Assembly: GCF_006345805.1 (NCBI RefSeq)
Contig: NC_043005.1
Coordinates: forward strand, 40,796,001-40,860,000
DNA length: 64,000 nucleotides
Direction of reading: 5' to 3'
DNA from: Octopus sinensis
Taxonomy: Eukaryota
The stretch's first letter is position 1. The number at the start of each line of letters is the position of its first letter. Positions 38,969 through 51,756 of the stretch are shown here, in pieces. The translations under genes were made by a program, and so were the position numbers. A model generated the notes under the pieces. It was given only the letters and a program-made list of their open reading frames with translations. It did no database searches and was not told the DNA's origin.

Positions 38969-40470
38969 GGCTGGACTAATGACACTAACCATTGTGGTCA
39001 TTTTCTATTCCCTACACACTGACAGTGCAAAAATCAGCCAGCTCAGTTACTGTATAGGCCATAGTATTTTTGCTATGGTTTCTTAGAGATGGATACCCTT
39101 TCCATTATTAACCACTTTCTTCAGAAAGTGAAGCATTTTATTAGGCTACATCACCTCCAATTGTTACAATGCAAACACTTGCACACACATATAGATGGCC
39201 ATATCCAAAATTTAGTTATAACTGTCTCAGTTTACTATAACATCTTTTGGATATGCATACATTACAATTTTCTATTTGTTTTCCATCATTAATATGAAAC
39301 CAAGATCCTATAAGAAATTTAAAAGCCAAGTCCTACATCAGCTGATGTTTCACATATGCAAAGTTTCCAGTGCTGACCCAGTGCATACAGAATCCTCTCC
39401 TGTGAGCTATTATTAATCAATATTACAACAGACAGAATGAATCCAGTGGTCAGTGGAGTTCAGAGAGGCTTATCACACAATACTTTCTTCTTACAAAGAA
39501 CTGAAGATCTTTGTAATTCTCACTGTGAGCTGCAACAGAATATAGATTCAAAGTTGGGAGTGAAAAGCTAATAGCTAATTTTTATTTTCTTCCCAATAAA
39601 ATCTATATCACCTTAGGATATCTATTGATATCCTTGAAAACGAAGAAATCCTATATAAAGAGGTAAATGATGAGTGACAATGTATGTATACAGCTGAAGT
39701 GTACAACCCTAGTACCACCTATATCAGGGGTTCCCAGCCTCTTTTGCCCAAAATTATCTTCTGTTTGATTAAAATTATATACTGTTTCTCTTTTCTAGCT
39801 CAACACCCCTCTTTCACAGACTGATGTTTTACAAATTCCCTTTTTCTCATGTTCTACATGAAAAATAAGTTAAGAGAAACAGTATATACTTTTAATCAAA
39901 CAGAAGATAATTTTGTACAATTGTTTATTACCCACATCATAGTATCATATCCAGAAAGTGCCTCTTTTTAGATGTCTGCATGGATTAGGGCTGCCTATTT
40001 TAAACTTTAACAAAATTATTTACAATAAGGACTTATATAACAAAATAATATTGGACTGAGAGGAATCATCGGTTGTTTTTCTTCTCAGTGGTAATACAAT
40101 TACAATGTCTTATTCATATTCATTTCTGACAAGGATTTCGTTTATTTTAAATGTGTTCAAAACATTGCACCTGGCTTAAACATATTTCTAGGAAAAATCA
40201 CAACATAGCTAAACATTCAGTGCCTCCACACTGTCTTCTTGACACTTGCTGCACTAGGTCCTACCCTTGTAACTCACCCCTGAGGAGATGGGTGCTATAG
40301 CCAAAATTTAAGAACTACTAATATAGGGCATGACTGAGCTTGGGAAAGCATTGACCTCTCTGAGATGACTGGCCCTTTTCTTTTATTTATAGTGTCAAGA
40401 CTATTTAGTTATGATTGTTTCTGTAACAACCATACATATTGGCATGTGAGGCAGCATGTTTTGTTTGACT

Positions 40471-40691
40471 TTAACATTTAATCTCACTATATTCAGCTCA
40501 AATATTCTATCTGTTTTGTATTAAAAACTGTCCAGATCTACCCTCTCGTACGTACTCTACAATGTCATTCTATAAATATACAAACACACCATTGAAATTT
40601 TGAAGCTACAAAATAACGCAGGATTAATTCAAAATAATGTGAATAAATAAGCAATACATTTGACAATAAAATCTGAATGCTAAAGGGTTAA
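40471..40691 (-). mobile_element. piggyBac-type (TTAA) MITE, copy 1 (left end partly deleted)
   Basis: Ends AATGCTAAAGGG-TTAA. The internal sequence is the reverse complement of 41395-41622. Confidence 0.7.
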
Positions 40692-41394
40692 CAATCAGTC
40701 CAGGACAGGAGTCAATAAAACTCTTCCCATAAATATTTGTAGGCTCCATCCAATCATTACAAAGAAATTATGCATATTGAAGTAAACTGATTTTATTAAT
40801 GTTTATTGTAGTAAACTGATTTTATTACTAGGTGTAGGCACGGCAGTGTAATTAGGAAGTCCACTCTGAAATCATGTAGTTTCAGGTTCAAACCTGTTGC
40901 ATGTTACCTTAGACAAGTGTCTTTTGCTATAGCCCAAGGCATCCAATACTTTGTAAGTTGAATAGGTAGAGGGATATAGTATGGAAGTCTGTTGGGTGTG
41001 TATGTATGTGTATATGTGCATATGTACATGAATATTGACTTTGCTCGACCATGGCTTTGCATGTCAACAAAGAATGGAAACATCATATTGCCTCTTTGCT
41101 CAAATGCTTACAAGTGAAGTGGTAATATGATGTTGGCATTTTTTTTCATTGACATTATGACCAGTGAAATAAAAAAAAAACTTACATAAAAAACTCCCAG
41201 GGAACTACAAAATGCTGCCTCAAATAAATCTTCATCCAACCAATGCTAGTATTGGAAAATAGTTGTTAAACTAATAACAGTAGTCTTTGGTATATCAGTG
41301 GACTCTCAGCAAATTGTATTCGAACAATTTTTAAGAGAGAGGAACTACACTACTGACTCTTATGGCAAAAGCCCTTATGGAAATCATAAACACA

Positions 41395-41622
41395 TTAACC
41401 CTTTAGCATTCAGATTATTCTGTTAAATGTAATGCTTCTTTATTCACATTGTTTTGAATTAATCCTGCATTATCTCATAGCTTTGAGATTTTGATGATGT
41501 GATTGCTTATTTTTAGAATGACATTGTAGGGTAGTTGTGAAAGATCAGATCTGGCTGATTTGAACATCAGAAAGGTAGTATATTTGAGCTGGATATGGCA
41601 AGTTTAAATGCTAAAGGGTTAA
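41395..41622 (+). mobile_element. piggyBac-type (TTAA) MITE, copy 2, intact ends
   Basis: TTAA-CCCTTTAGCATT ... AATGCTAAAGGG-TTAA: perfect 12-bp TIRs with a TTAA TSD. Confidence 0.85.
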
Positions 41623-42505
41623 ACTTCCCATATCTTCACATATGTAAAATTAATGGGTATATAATGCACACCTTTTACATGAATGTTATTGAGAAAACCA
41701 TAAAGGTTATAACTTTGACAGCATTAAGTAAGATGTTCATTATAATAATATGGATGGTAATTCATAGAGAAAGCACATGCAATGCATCTTTCAACATGAT
41801 ACTCACATATGACCTTAGAACAAGCAGAACAAAGAAGACTTCTTTGTTTTGAAGTAAGGATGAGGATATTGTGGTTCATTGGACACCATTAAAGAGAGAA
41901 GAGTATAAAAAAAAACACATACACACACTTTAGATATATAGTATATAATTACAATTCTAATTTAATATATACACATAGAGTACGATATAACTAAGTATCT
42001 CCTTCACAACAAATTTAGCCCTTAAAACCAAGCATAAAGCTGCCTTTTCTTCCCACCATACTCATTCAAATGAGAGTGGTGGGTGTTAGTTTCGTAAGGT
42101 ATATGGTGACTTCATTAAACTTACTATTATGAAAAAAGAATCCTGTACACTCTGTAAAGTAGCTGATGTAAAGGGGGGCATCAAGTTGTAGAAATAATGC
42201 CAAAACAGTCTTCTATCACATTGAACCATCCAACCTATCCCAGTATGGAATATAGGTGTTAAAGATATGATGTGTGTGTGTGTGTGAAGAGAGAGAGGGG
42301 GAGAAAGAGAGAGAGAGAGAAGAGAGGGAAAGAGAGAGAGAGAAAGAGAGAGAAGATAAAGTGGATTAAAATCCAAGCTATATCATCAGGAAGCATTTCT
42401 GCGAATACCAGCTATCCATAGAAGGTTATTTTTCAGAACAAAACTTTTCGTACTATCCGAAATTCCAGATCAGGAAGATTATTCGCAGAGTACAAATACA
42501 TTGAG

Positions 42506-42868
42506 TCAAAGACTTGAATTTATGGTATTATCTTTAATTCTGTAGTTACAATTGTTTTAATACACCATGGGAGATTTATTTCATGGAGATAAATATTAAT
42601 ATAAAACATGAATATATTAGTCCCCTTGGTGAAATATAAAAATATAAATATGATGATATTTCAAGTGTTCAATGTATTGTTTTTGAGACTTAGTGTAAAG
42701 AAATGCACATAAGTACTTAGAAATATATATATAATTATAATATAATGAATTCATTACATTCATATTAGTATTGGTATTTATTTTTATGAAATGGATTTCC
42801 AATGTTGTATCAGATCAATCTAATGTAACTACAGAATTAAAAATAACATCATAAATTCCAGTTTTGAT
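42506..42868. mobile_element. AT-rich MITE-like element with ~35-45-bp imperfect TIRs (possibly Tc1/mariner-type)
   Basis: 42516-42550 matches the reverse complement of 42824-42858 at 32 of 35 positions. The right end abuts (TA)n. Confidence 0.5.
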
Positions 42869-44951
42869 TATATATATATATATATACACACACACATATA
42901 GATAGGTATATATATATATATATACATATATATATCAGTTCATGCAAAATCTAAATGTAGCTGAAGGAAAGTTTAAAATAAAATCTTAAAAGCCTGATTA
43001 ACTTCAAAATCTCAACTTACAATTGGGATTCAGAGCATCATAAGATACCTGGAAGGGAATGGAACAGCTTTCATTAAGAAACAATAATGATAATTCCAGA
43101 CAGGTATGATTTCTGCAACTGGAATTTTAGCTTGAAAAGATAATGGGTAAGGGGAATGAAATAACATGAATTAAGTTAAGATAAATGAGAAGTGAAGAGA
43201 AGAAAGAGACAAGGCGAGAGAAAGTGAGTGGGGATGAAGGTACATTGAGAGTCAGAGAAAAAGGAGGAGAATAAGAGAAGAGAGGTGAGATAAAGAAGAG
43301 ATATAAAGATAGAGTTAGTGAGAACAGAAAGAGAGAAGAGAGAGGAAGAAAGTGAGTGTAGGAATTAATTTTTAATCTCTCTCTCTTACAGTGAGAAGAA
43401 GGAGCAAGGCAGAGGGATTGAGGCAGAGGGAGAAAGAGCAAGTGTGACAGGAAGAGAAGGAGTCAAATCAAGAGAGAGAGTGCAACAAAGGGAAAGTGAG
43501 AGAGGAGTCAAAGGAAAGCAAGAAGGGGTATGGAACTGACTGAGTAAGAGAGGAGGGAAATATGATAGAGAGATAATGTAAGAGTGACAGAAAGAGTGTG
43601 GAAAAAGGGGTGCAGAATAAGTGGAAGAATGGCCTTGTGGAGTTGGTGGTAGTAATTGAGATTTCAGAGTTGTTTAGGACTAGATCAGTCCTTGTCATGC
43701 AGATCTATGATTAAAGGTGTCCTAATCAGGACTAACTCATTTTTTATCCAGACATAGCATGTCTAGGTACATTATCCAATGTGTTCCTCTATGTGAGTGA
43801 CCATTTCAAAGCTCTCTCATTTGAGATTTTGTAGCTGCACTGTAGGTGGCTGATACTAAAGATCCTTCCTTTGTAGACATCATGATGATGAAGATGATAC
43901 ATAGGTGAAAGAACGGTATAACAGATTAGATAGCTAGATTATAGCTCTGAATTCAGATCATGCCAAGGAATATTTGAAATGGTTAAATCCTGTATACATG
44001 CCTCTGTATTAAAGGTGCTTCAAAGAAATTCATAGTGGGAAAAACACACAAGAAAACCAGGAGCAAAATAGATAAAAATTAGAATAGTAAAAAGAAAAGA
44101 AACAAAGAAAGTAGGGTAAAAATAAACAAAGAAAGTAGGGTAAAAAATAAACAAAGATCATAGGAGACAAAATAAAAACAGGTAGAGTGAACAAAATACA
44201 AAAATATGATAGTATCTATGTAATATTTCATATTTGGGCATCTTTCCATAAGACACTTTTTTTTCCATTTTAAGATGGAAATTACAACTTCAGAGAAAAG
44301 GGGAAAAAAAAGAAACAAAAAAGCCAACTTTATAATAACTATCAATGCAACCTTCACCGCCATTAATATCCTGCAAAATGTCAATGGAAGGTCATGGATG
44401 ATGACTCTTTACCTTAACTAAAAGAAAAGTGTGTGCGGGGGGGGGGGGGGAAGAAAAAATCACTAGCTCACATATATACAGAAATCCGTATTAAGCACAT
44501 TTCTCCTGTGGCTTTTGCATATATGAAAATTTTGTCTCCTTATTTATTGAAGGAGAGAGAATAAGTAATAAGAAAGAAGAGATGATGGCTGCTGATCATA
44601 AGGGATCATGTCTACTACCATGGACTTTTCAAGTTATTTCCATCAGATGAATAATTATTGAACACTCTTTACTTTTCTCTTTCATTTTCTTTTTAATGGG
44701 CGGATAGGGTGTTCAAAAGTTGAATAGAGATCAAGAAGCATGACTGTGCGCATGCACGTGCATGCATGTGTGTGTTAGAAAGAAATATAGGTAGGTGTTT
44801 TTCTTTCACACATACGGACATCATGCTGCCTTCCTATCTTGCTGAAATATAAAATACAGTTTGTTTATGCATACAATGATAATGACATCAAAACCAATAG
44901 TTGACCAAGAAGTGGCACCACAGAAGAAATCCCAGCCATTTGCAATTGTAA

Positions 44952-45000
<49 letters not shown>

Positions 45001-47299
45001 TACATACACACTTACATATATATATATACACACACACATATATATATATTATAAGGCAGGAATTCCGTATCTAAAATATCTTAAACACAAGTGGAAAGAA
45101 AAGAAAACATGCAATGGAAGTAAATGGAAAATATATTGTAAAAAATAAATTATTCCCATTCTATGAGCATAAAAATGAGGCTATTTATTAAAATCAGCTT
45201 TGCACAGAGGAAAAAGAAAAAAGCAGGGTTGTGATTTGTAGCAGGAAAATTGGTTACCTGCCCTTTTTTTTCTCCTTTCTTTTTCAGTATAAAAACTATC
45301 AAAGTGAGCTAATTTGAAATTGTCTTTCTGAAATTCATATGGAAATAGAAGACATACACTGTGGGAGAAAACATGTTTGCTTGATTGTTTGTTTGTTTGC
45401 ATGTGTGTACATATGTAATTATTTAGTTTTATTTCAAGATTTCTTGCCAAAAGAGAAAGAGCCAGTTTCAAAGCAAGATTCAAGGCACCTTCATTGGAAT
45501 TTCAACAACATTAACAGGGTATTCTTAAGTGTGTATGTGTGAAATATTTGGAGTGTATGCATGTGTAGATTTGTAAGTTTTGTTTTATGTATGTTTTCTC
45601 AGGCATATAGTTGTATGTTAAGACATGAGCATATACACTCAAATGCTAAACTTCTGGAAAGTTTTACAAATATTTACAGTTCCATTGATGACTTGAATCT
45701 GTAACCTTTGAGCTAGCTTTCTCCTATCTGGTATATAAAATCAGAAAATTACAGTCAAATAACTTAACTCTTTGAACCTTGACCTCCTTCGCACTGACAT
45801 CAAATATCAGAAAAGTAATTGGGAAATCCTAAAATTCAAAAGCTTCAAGAATTAAAAAAGCTATGCAAAGACTTCAAATCTGGAAATTTCATCAGAACAA
45901 TAATTATAAAACTAAATAAGAACCTAACAAATTAATACCATGCTGACCCACTACCCTACTATTCATCTTTTGAAACTGCCATAAAAACAGATCTGCAATA
46001 ACATAAAACCACACATTTCTCCTTACAGCCCACAACATTGATTTTAGAATACATCAACCATCACACTATAGACATGAATCATATAAAGACTATAATACAT
46101 CAATTTAACTACTATGAACATTACTAAAACTTGTGACTATCCTCCTACAACTTACAAACAAAATCTAATAAACTTTAATAAACAAAATATTAAATACCAA
46201 CAATACAAAATGCTAGCCGTTAAGCTATTACAAGTTTGTCAAACCTACATTGAGTAAAATGAAAATTCATTTAGAAGTTGTGGTGTCCCAAAATAAGTAT
46301 CTATTCTCATTTCCACTATCGCATTTATCATAAACTAAACATACAGAAAACAAATAACTCTCTTACAGTATCTGTAGAAGATATTAGCTAAAATTATGAA
46401 AAATAATGCATACTAACATCAAGAATCCATGATAAATCAAAAACGTTTTTGTGCACATCTTGTTTATTGTTTTGACCACAATAAACTATGAAATAGTTTT
46501 TTAAAATAAGCACACTTCACATCATTGCAGGTTGCTCAATAAAATTTTTAAATGCTCAAAATGAAATACCTAGATATATGAAGGGAACAACAAGGTCTAA
46601 GGGCACACTCCTTCTCACTACTTGTGCAAAACCTCCAAACATACACATACAATTAAAACACTCTAGAATACAATTACATTACTATCCTATGAGTGAACAA
46701 TGTAGTCCTCTATCAATAAGGTATATCTGAATTACTGGATTTATGGATCACACCTAGTTGCTCAATTATCTATAAACTATAGGCCAGTTCAACAGCAGCT
46801 GATCAGTGCTAAGCAAGAGTATATCTCTCCCAAGAACAATGTCCAGTAGTACAAATATGGCTACAACCAAAATTTCCAATTTATATACATTCATGAAAAA
46901 AGAATTCAAAAACCTTTTACCTTTTACTGCAGCAATGAATATCTCACTCATAGAACTAATTTCCGTCTACCTATTGTCATAACAAACTAAATATAACAAT
47001 ATTCTATAAAAACAATATTCCATAATATTATATAAAGCATTAATATCCTGTTACAGTAACATACATTTCCCTTTTCTTCTTTTTTTTTTGTAATATTTCA
47101 CATCTATCAAGCTAGGCTTTTATTATTCATTTCTATTTATGATGACAAAAGGGCGTTTAGTTGTTGTGACTAGTACTGTAACAAAATTGTAAAAGAGAAA
47201 TGACCAAAAATTTGTCACTTTTAGAAATTATTCAGAAGAACCAGTGTACATATAGACAAAAGAATATCTAAACTTACAGATTGTGTTTGATATCAGTTA

Positions 47300-48340
47300 C
47301 TTACACATCAAGGATGAAATGACAACAAACTTAGATTTGAAATTATGATGACAACCATGATTTCTTGTGTATTTAACTCTAAAATTAAGTACAGCAATAA
47401 ATTTTCAACAGTTTCTAACCATGCTGAAACACGAAATATTCAGTGACCAAATTGATAGGAAACTAGCTTGAAATTTAAGCTGGCCTCTTACCAACAGGTT
47501 TCAGACATACAGCAGCAGCAAATATATGGATAGCAGCATCTGTCTTGTTAAGCTGCTATCAATGAATGTGTTAAGGGTCAGCAAGTACCATAATACTATT
47601 TGAGATGGAGGATAAAGCAAGATATGGAAGAAATAGAAGCTATTGATTAACTGAATAATATATTAATTTAAATACCTTCAATATAGCTGTCAAGACCAGC
47701 ACAAGTTCAGTCAGTTGAAAATTGGGCCTTCAGTCAATGAATCAGCTACTTATAGAGATATATACTTCAGGTGACAAGCAACACAAATAATAAAGGCCAA
47801 TATTTTAGTATATAATTCAGGGAATTCATACAGAGAAGCAAACTTTGTTTGCATCAGAGAATGTTAATATCATGGAACAATAACTAACAACAAGCAATGA
47901 AACAATCCAGGAAAGTAGCCCATTCAGCCATGGTGTTAACCCTTGACTCTTAAGCAGTTAATTCATTTTTTTTTCCCGTTTTCTATCCATCTTTCATTGG
48001 TCATTACATGGAAAGGATTACACATTTTTCTGTAAACATGTATAACTTGTGTGCAGAGCCCCAATGGTCAGAATACCAACCAAAGAACCCATAGATCACA
48101 TTTTGCCATAGCATTGCACAGTATTTGGGTTTTAATCATTTAAGCAGAAAACAGACACCTTAACTTTGTACAACTCACTGCTCTTATAATAGATTACTGT
48201 ATACCAAGCGTCGTATTAGCTGACAGTGCTGAGATCAAATGCTTCCAAAATATCAAAGATACATGAGATCTGCCAGACTGACTTTTCCAAGATACACTGT
48301 ATATTGACAGTCTTCACGTGGTGGTCCTAAAATCCAATAG
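47300..48340 (+). mobile_element. Highly decayed L1/Tx1-like LINE reverse-transcriptase remnant
   Basis: Ordered fragments LASYQ/GFRHTAAANIWIA, ILFEMEDKARYGRNRSY, KQTLFASENVNIM and RLTFPRYTVY*QSSRGGPK follow the order of L1 RT motifs (QxGF, LDxEKAFDxV, LFADD, GGL). Many stops and frameshifts. Confidence 0.4.
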
Positions 48341-49409
48341 GTTATAATTTAATCACTAATGTATTTTGTTTAAACATGTGTAATTACAGTTGCATGTCAG
48401 CTTTACTTCTTGTTCAACTATGAAGTGTTAATACTTATTTGAACCGTCTATAAAGGCACGCAATATATACTTAATGTAGGCTGTGATTCTGTAACTTTTT
48501 ATTATGGTTAGCCACTTACTTATTTAGGACTATTTTTTACTTCCAAGAGGTAACCATAGTAATAATGTATCTTGCCCAAAAGCGATGTTTGAATTCAGTA
48601 TCACAATGAAATGGTTAGTAAAAATGATCCATCCTTTTAATGCAATCTTTGATTGATACTATCATGTCCAAGATAGTAGAAAATAAACTCTTCCAAAATC
48701 AAAAGAAAACAACACAGAAAAGATGTAGAGGGGAAACTGTTTTTAAGAGGAAATTTTTTTAGGAATTTTTCCCCCTTTATCCAGTATACATTTATATTTT
48801 ACAGCATGAAAAAGCTCCATAGATTCCATTGAAAGTGTACAAAATGACAAAGTAAAAACATAAATAGATAAAAATAGAGAAGAACTCAGAAATAAGCAGA
48901 GTATGAAAAGAGAGAATAATAAGAAAAATACTTTTATCACCTTTCTGATTCGATACAGTGTTTCCGTAGCTACTTTAGGAATGTTGGAGAGAAGAAAGAG
49001 TCCAAAGCCAATGTGCTTTATGGGAGGTGTAGGAGAGATGTTGAAATGTTTTATAAGAATTACACATCAGATATCATAGTAATTGAATTTTGTGTCATGT
49101 GACAGCTTCACAGATAGAGTATTTATTACAATTCTTATAATAATAACAATGTTTATCCAAGAAAAGAAAGGTTGTGAGACAAAACTTTTGCCACAAGTAT
49201 TAGTAACATAAATTAAAACATTTCTCAAATACAGTCCTCCAACTCACCCATACCACCAAAAAAAAACAAAGATAGGCATAGCTTTGTGGTTGCTTCCCAA
49301 CTGCACTTTGAGCTAGTGTCTGCTGCTATAGCCTCGGGTGAACAAAAGCCTTGTGGGTAGATTTAGTTGACAGTCACTGGAAGAAGCCTGTCATATATAT
49401 ATCATATAT

Positions 49410-49451
<42 letters not shown>

Positions 49452-49640
49452 CATATATATACATATATATATATATATACATATCATATATATACATATA
49501 TATATATATACATATCATATATATATATATATATATATTATTAAAATTCTTTTACTTTCAACATATGTTTCGAAGACAACATTGGTTTTATTCCAAAGGA
49601 ATAAATGGTTTAAAATGCAATCTTCTCATCAGGAAAGAAA

Positions 49641-50615
49641 GAAGTTGTAGATTGGTTTACTTCTATTACTAATAAGGGTAACACTAAATTTATTCAGTTT
49701 GATATATCTAGCTTCTATTCATCAATCAACCCTATTATACTCAATAAGACATTCTGGCATGCACACAATAAAGCAGGTCTCACTAGAGAAGAAATTAATG
49801 TGGTACTGGCTGCTAGAAAATCATTCCTTAAGTTCGATAACAAGTTGTGGGTCCGGAAGGATACTCCCAATGCGTTCAATGTCCTAATGGGAAGTTCAGA
49901 CTCCGCTCAAATTTCTGATTTGGTCGGAATATATATACTTTATGAAATGGCCGACCAGTTCCCAGACATCTGTAGAGGTCTATATCGTGATGATTGTCTG
50001 CTTTACCTCCAAAACATTTCAAATCAAAAAATACAGAAGATTAAGAATAGATTAGTTAGGTTTTTTCGTAGAATGGGCTTTCACATCGTTTTTGAAAATG
50101 TGTTAACTAAAGCTAACTTCTTAGATATTACTCTTAATTTACAAAATAACTCGTACTTTCCATACCACAAACCTTCCACAAATCTCAAGTATATTAGTCC
50201 TTCCAGTAATCATGCTAGGGCAATTAATAATAATTTAGTTAAAAACATTTCGCTTAGATTATCTAAATTATCCGCCAATGTTGACATTTTCAACAACAAG
50301 GCAGAATTTTATAACTCTGCCTTGGTTAAAGCTGGCTATAAAGAGAAAGTGACATACATTGATTCTGCTCAATCTCGTCCTTCATCTACTGTTCAAGACA
50401 AAAAATCTAGTTGTAATAATAAGAGTGATTTTAATTCTAATATTGTAAACAACACAAAACATAATAAAATTCCTTTACGTAGTGAGGGAGGCAAGCGTTA
50501 TTTAAGCTCATTTTTTCACTCTAGAGGTATTTCACCGTTCTTTGAAGATAATACCACTTACAATTTGAATGTTACTAAGAAAACTATCTGGTTTGTAATT
50601 CCGTTTGGAAAATGA
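49641..50615 (+). pseudogene. Penelope-like reverse transcriptase and thumb (5'-truncated, disrupted by TGA)
   Basis: VVDWF...KFIQFDISSFYSSI...ARKSFL...LMGSSDSAQISDLVG...GLYRDD...NFLDITLNL...PYHKP...YISPSSNH...WFVIPFGK*. These are PLE RT motifs with YRDD. The frame continues after TGA as IKSNLPLQFRKVVGKNFP. Confidence 0.9.
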
Positions 50616-51210
50616 ATTAAATCTAATCTTCCTTTGCAATTCCGTAAAGTGGTTGGTAAAAACTTTCCAAAAAATTCTAGATATTATTCGATTATTAACT
50701 CTCATATAGTTAGTTGCTTTCTCCAACACAAAGAATCTTTCACTAATTATATCTTCTCACAATATCAGTCTGCTAAATAAAAGTTCATTTTCTGGGAGTT
50801 CCAACATTAATCTTGTTAATTCCAACCCCTCACATAATAATAATAATAGTATTAATATTAATAATAACAGTATTAATAATAATAATAATAATAATATTAA
50901 TAGTGTTAAAAATAATAATAATAATAATGATAGCAATAAAAACATGGTTTTGGTCTCTGAGGACAACCCCAACAGAATTAAATTTATGTCTAATAATTCT
51001 AAGATCAAGAATTCTATATACCAGAGTAAAATTTCTTGCGGTACCGATGTCTACATCTACATAGGCGCATCCTCTTCCCAATTATCTAAGAGAATTTCCA
51101 ATCATTATTCATCATTTAGGGATACCAGTAAATGCCATAGTACAGGGCTAAGTAAATTGGTTTGGCATCTTAAAGACAACAATAAAGATTTTAAGTTAGA
51201 TTGGTTCATC
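50616..51210 (+). pseudogene. PLE linker and GIY-YIG endonuclease (frameshifted, 3'-truncated)
   Basis: After an apparent 2-bp deletion near 50708 the frame reads VAFSNTKNLSLIISSHN...(Asn-rich)...NSIYQSKI...YIYIGASSSQLSKRISNHYSSFR...STGLSKLVWHLKDNNKDFKLDWFIL. Confidence 0.85.
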
Positions 51211-51689
51211 CTGTCTATATCTTTATTTGTATCCCTCTTTATTTGTTCTCTACTTATTATTTCTTTAACCCTACTCTTTCTAGTATCTGCCTTTGACGTC
51301 GAATCTACTAACGTTTTTTTTTAAATACTTAATAACGTTCTGTTTATCATTTAGGCAGTCATCGTAATTATTATAATGTCTTGTTGTTGAGATAGGCTCT
51401 CTTTCTTTCCTGAAGAAAAGATTGCATTTTACACCGTTTATTCCTTTGGAATAAAACCAATATTGTCTTCGAAACATATGTCGAAAGTAAAAGAATTTTA
51501 ATAACATCTGCGTTCAACTCCATTTATTTACTTATACTACACAAATTACTGCACATTAACCCGGAGTTTCTACCTTTCAATAGGTTGCTTCATCCGTGTT
51601 ACTTGTGTGAATTTTGCTATCCAGGTAACTGTTTATTGAATTTTCCATGTTAACAGTAAATAAAGGATAATTCATTCATCCATTTATAT

Positions 51690-51736
<47 letters not shown>

Positions 51737-51756
51737 ATAAATAGTATGTAGGCCTA

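Larger units (their letters stand above)
49537..51690 (+). mobile_element. Penelope-like retroelement (Naiad-like RT + GIY-YIG), rearranged, with inward-facing inverted ends
   Basis: RT and EN fragments on the plus strand. 49537-49642 is repeated in inverted orientation at about 51396-51503, within a longer antisense segment (about 51210-51690). Confidence 0.85.

Noticed and set aside
40904-41086. MMFPFFVD... as STX6 exon 1
   Set aside because: It lacks EDP and VVK/R, has no phase-2 donor, and runs into a SINE.
47492-48326. Three AG-GT-bounded minus-strand segments (48263-48326, 47676-47727, 47492-47555) that splice in frame to a TPR-like peptide ...SLADLMPNFQLTELVLVLTAILKQLNKTDAAIHIFAAAVCLKP
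   Set aside because: The same DNA reads on the plus strand as ordered, decayed L1-type RT motifs. The splice sites are weak or atypical, no flanking exons were found and the TPR register is off by about 3 residues. RNA-seq junctions would be needed to revive this reading.
50613-50615. In-frame TGA in the PLE ORF as possible selenocysteine recoding
   Set aside because: It is not at a conserved Cys position, it is followed by a frameshift, and no SECIS was identified because the 3' end is missing. A nonsense mutation is more parsimonious.
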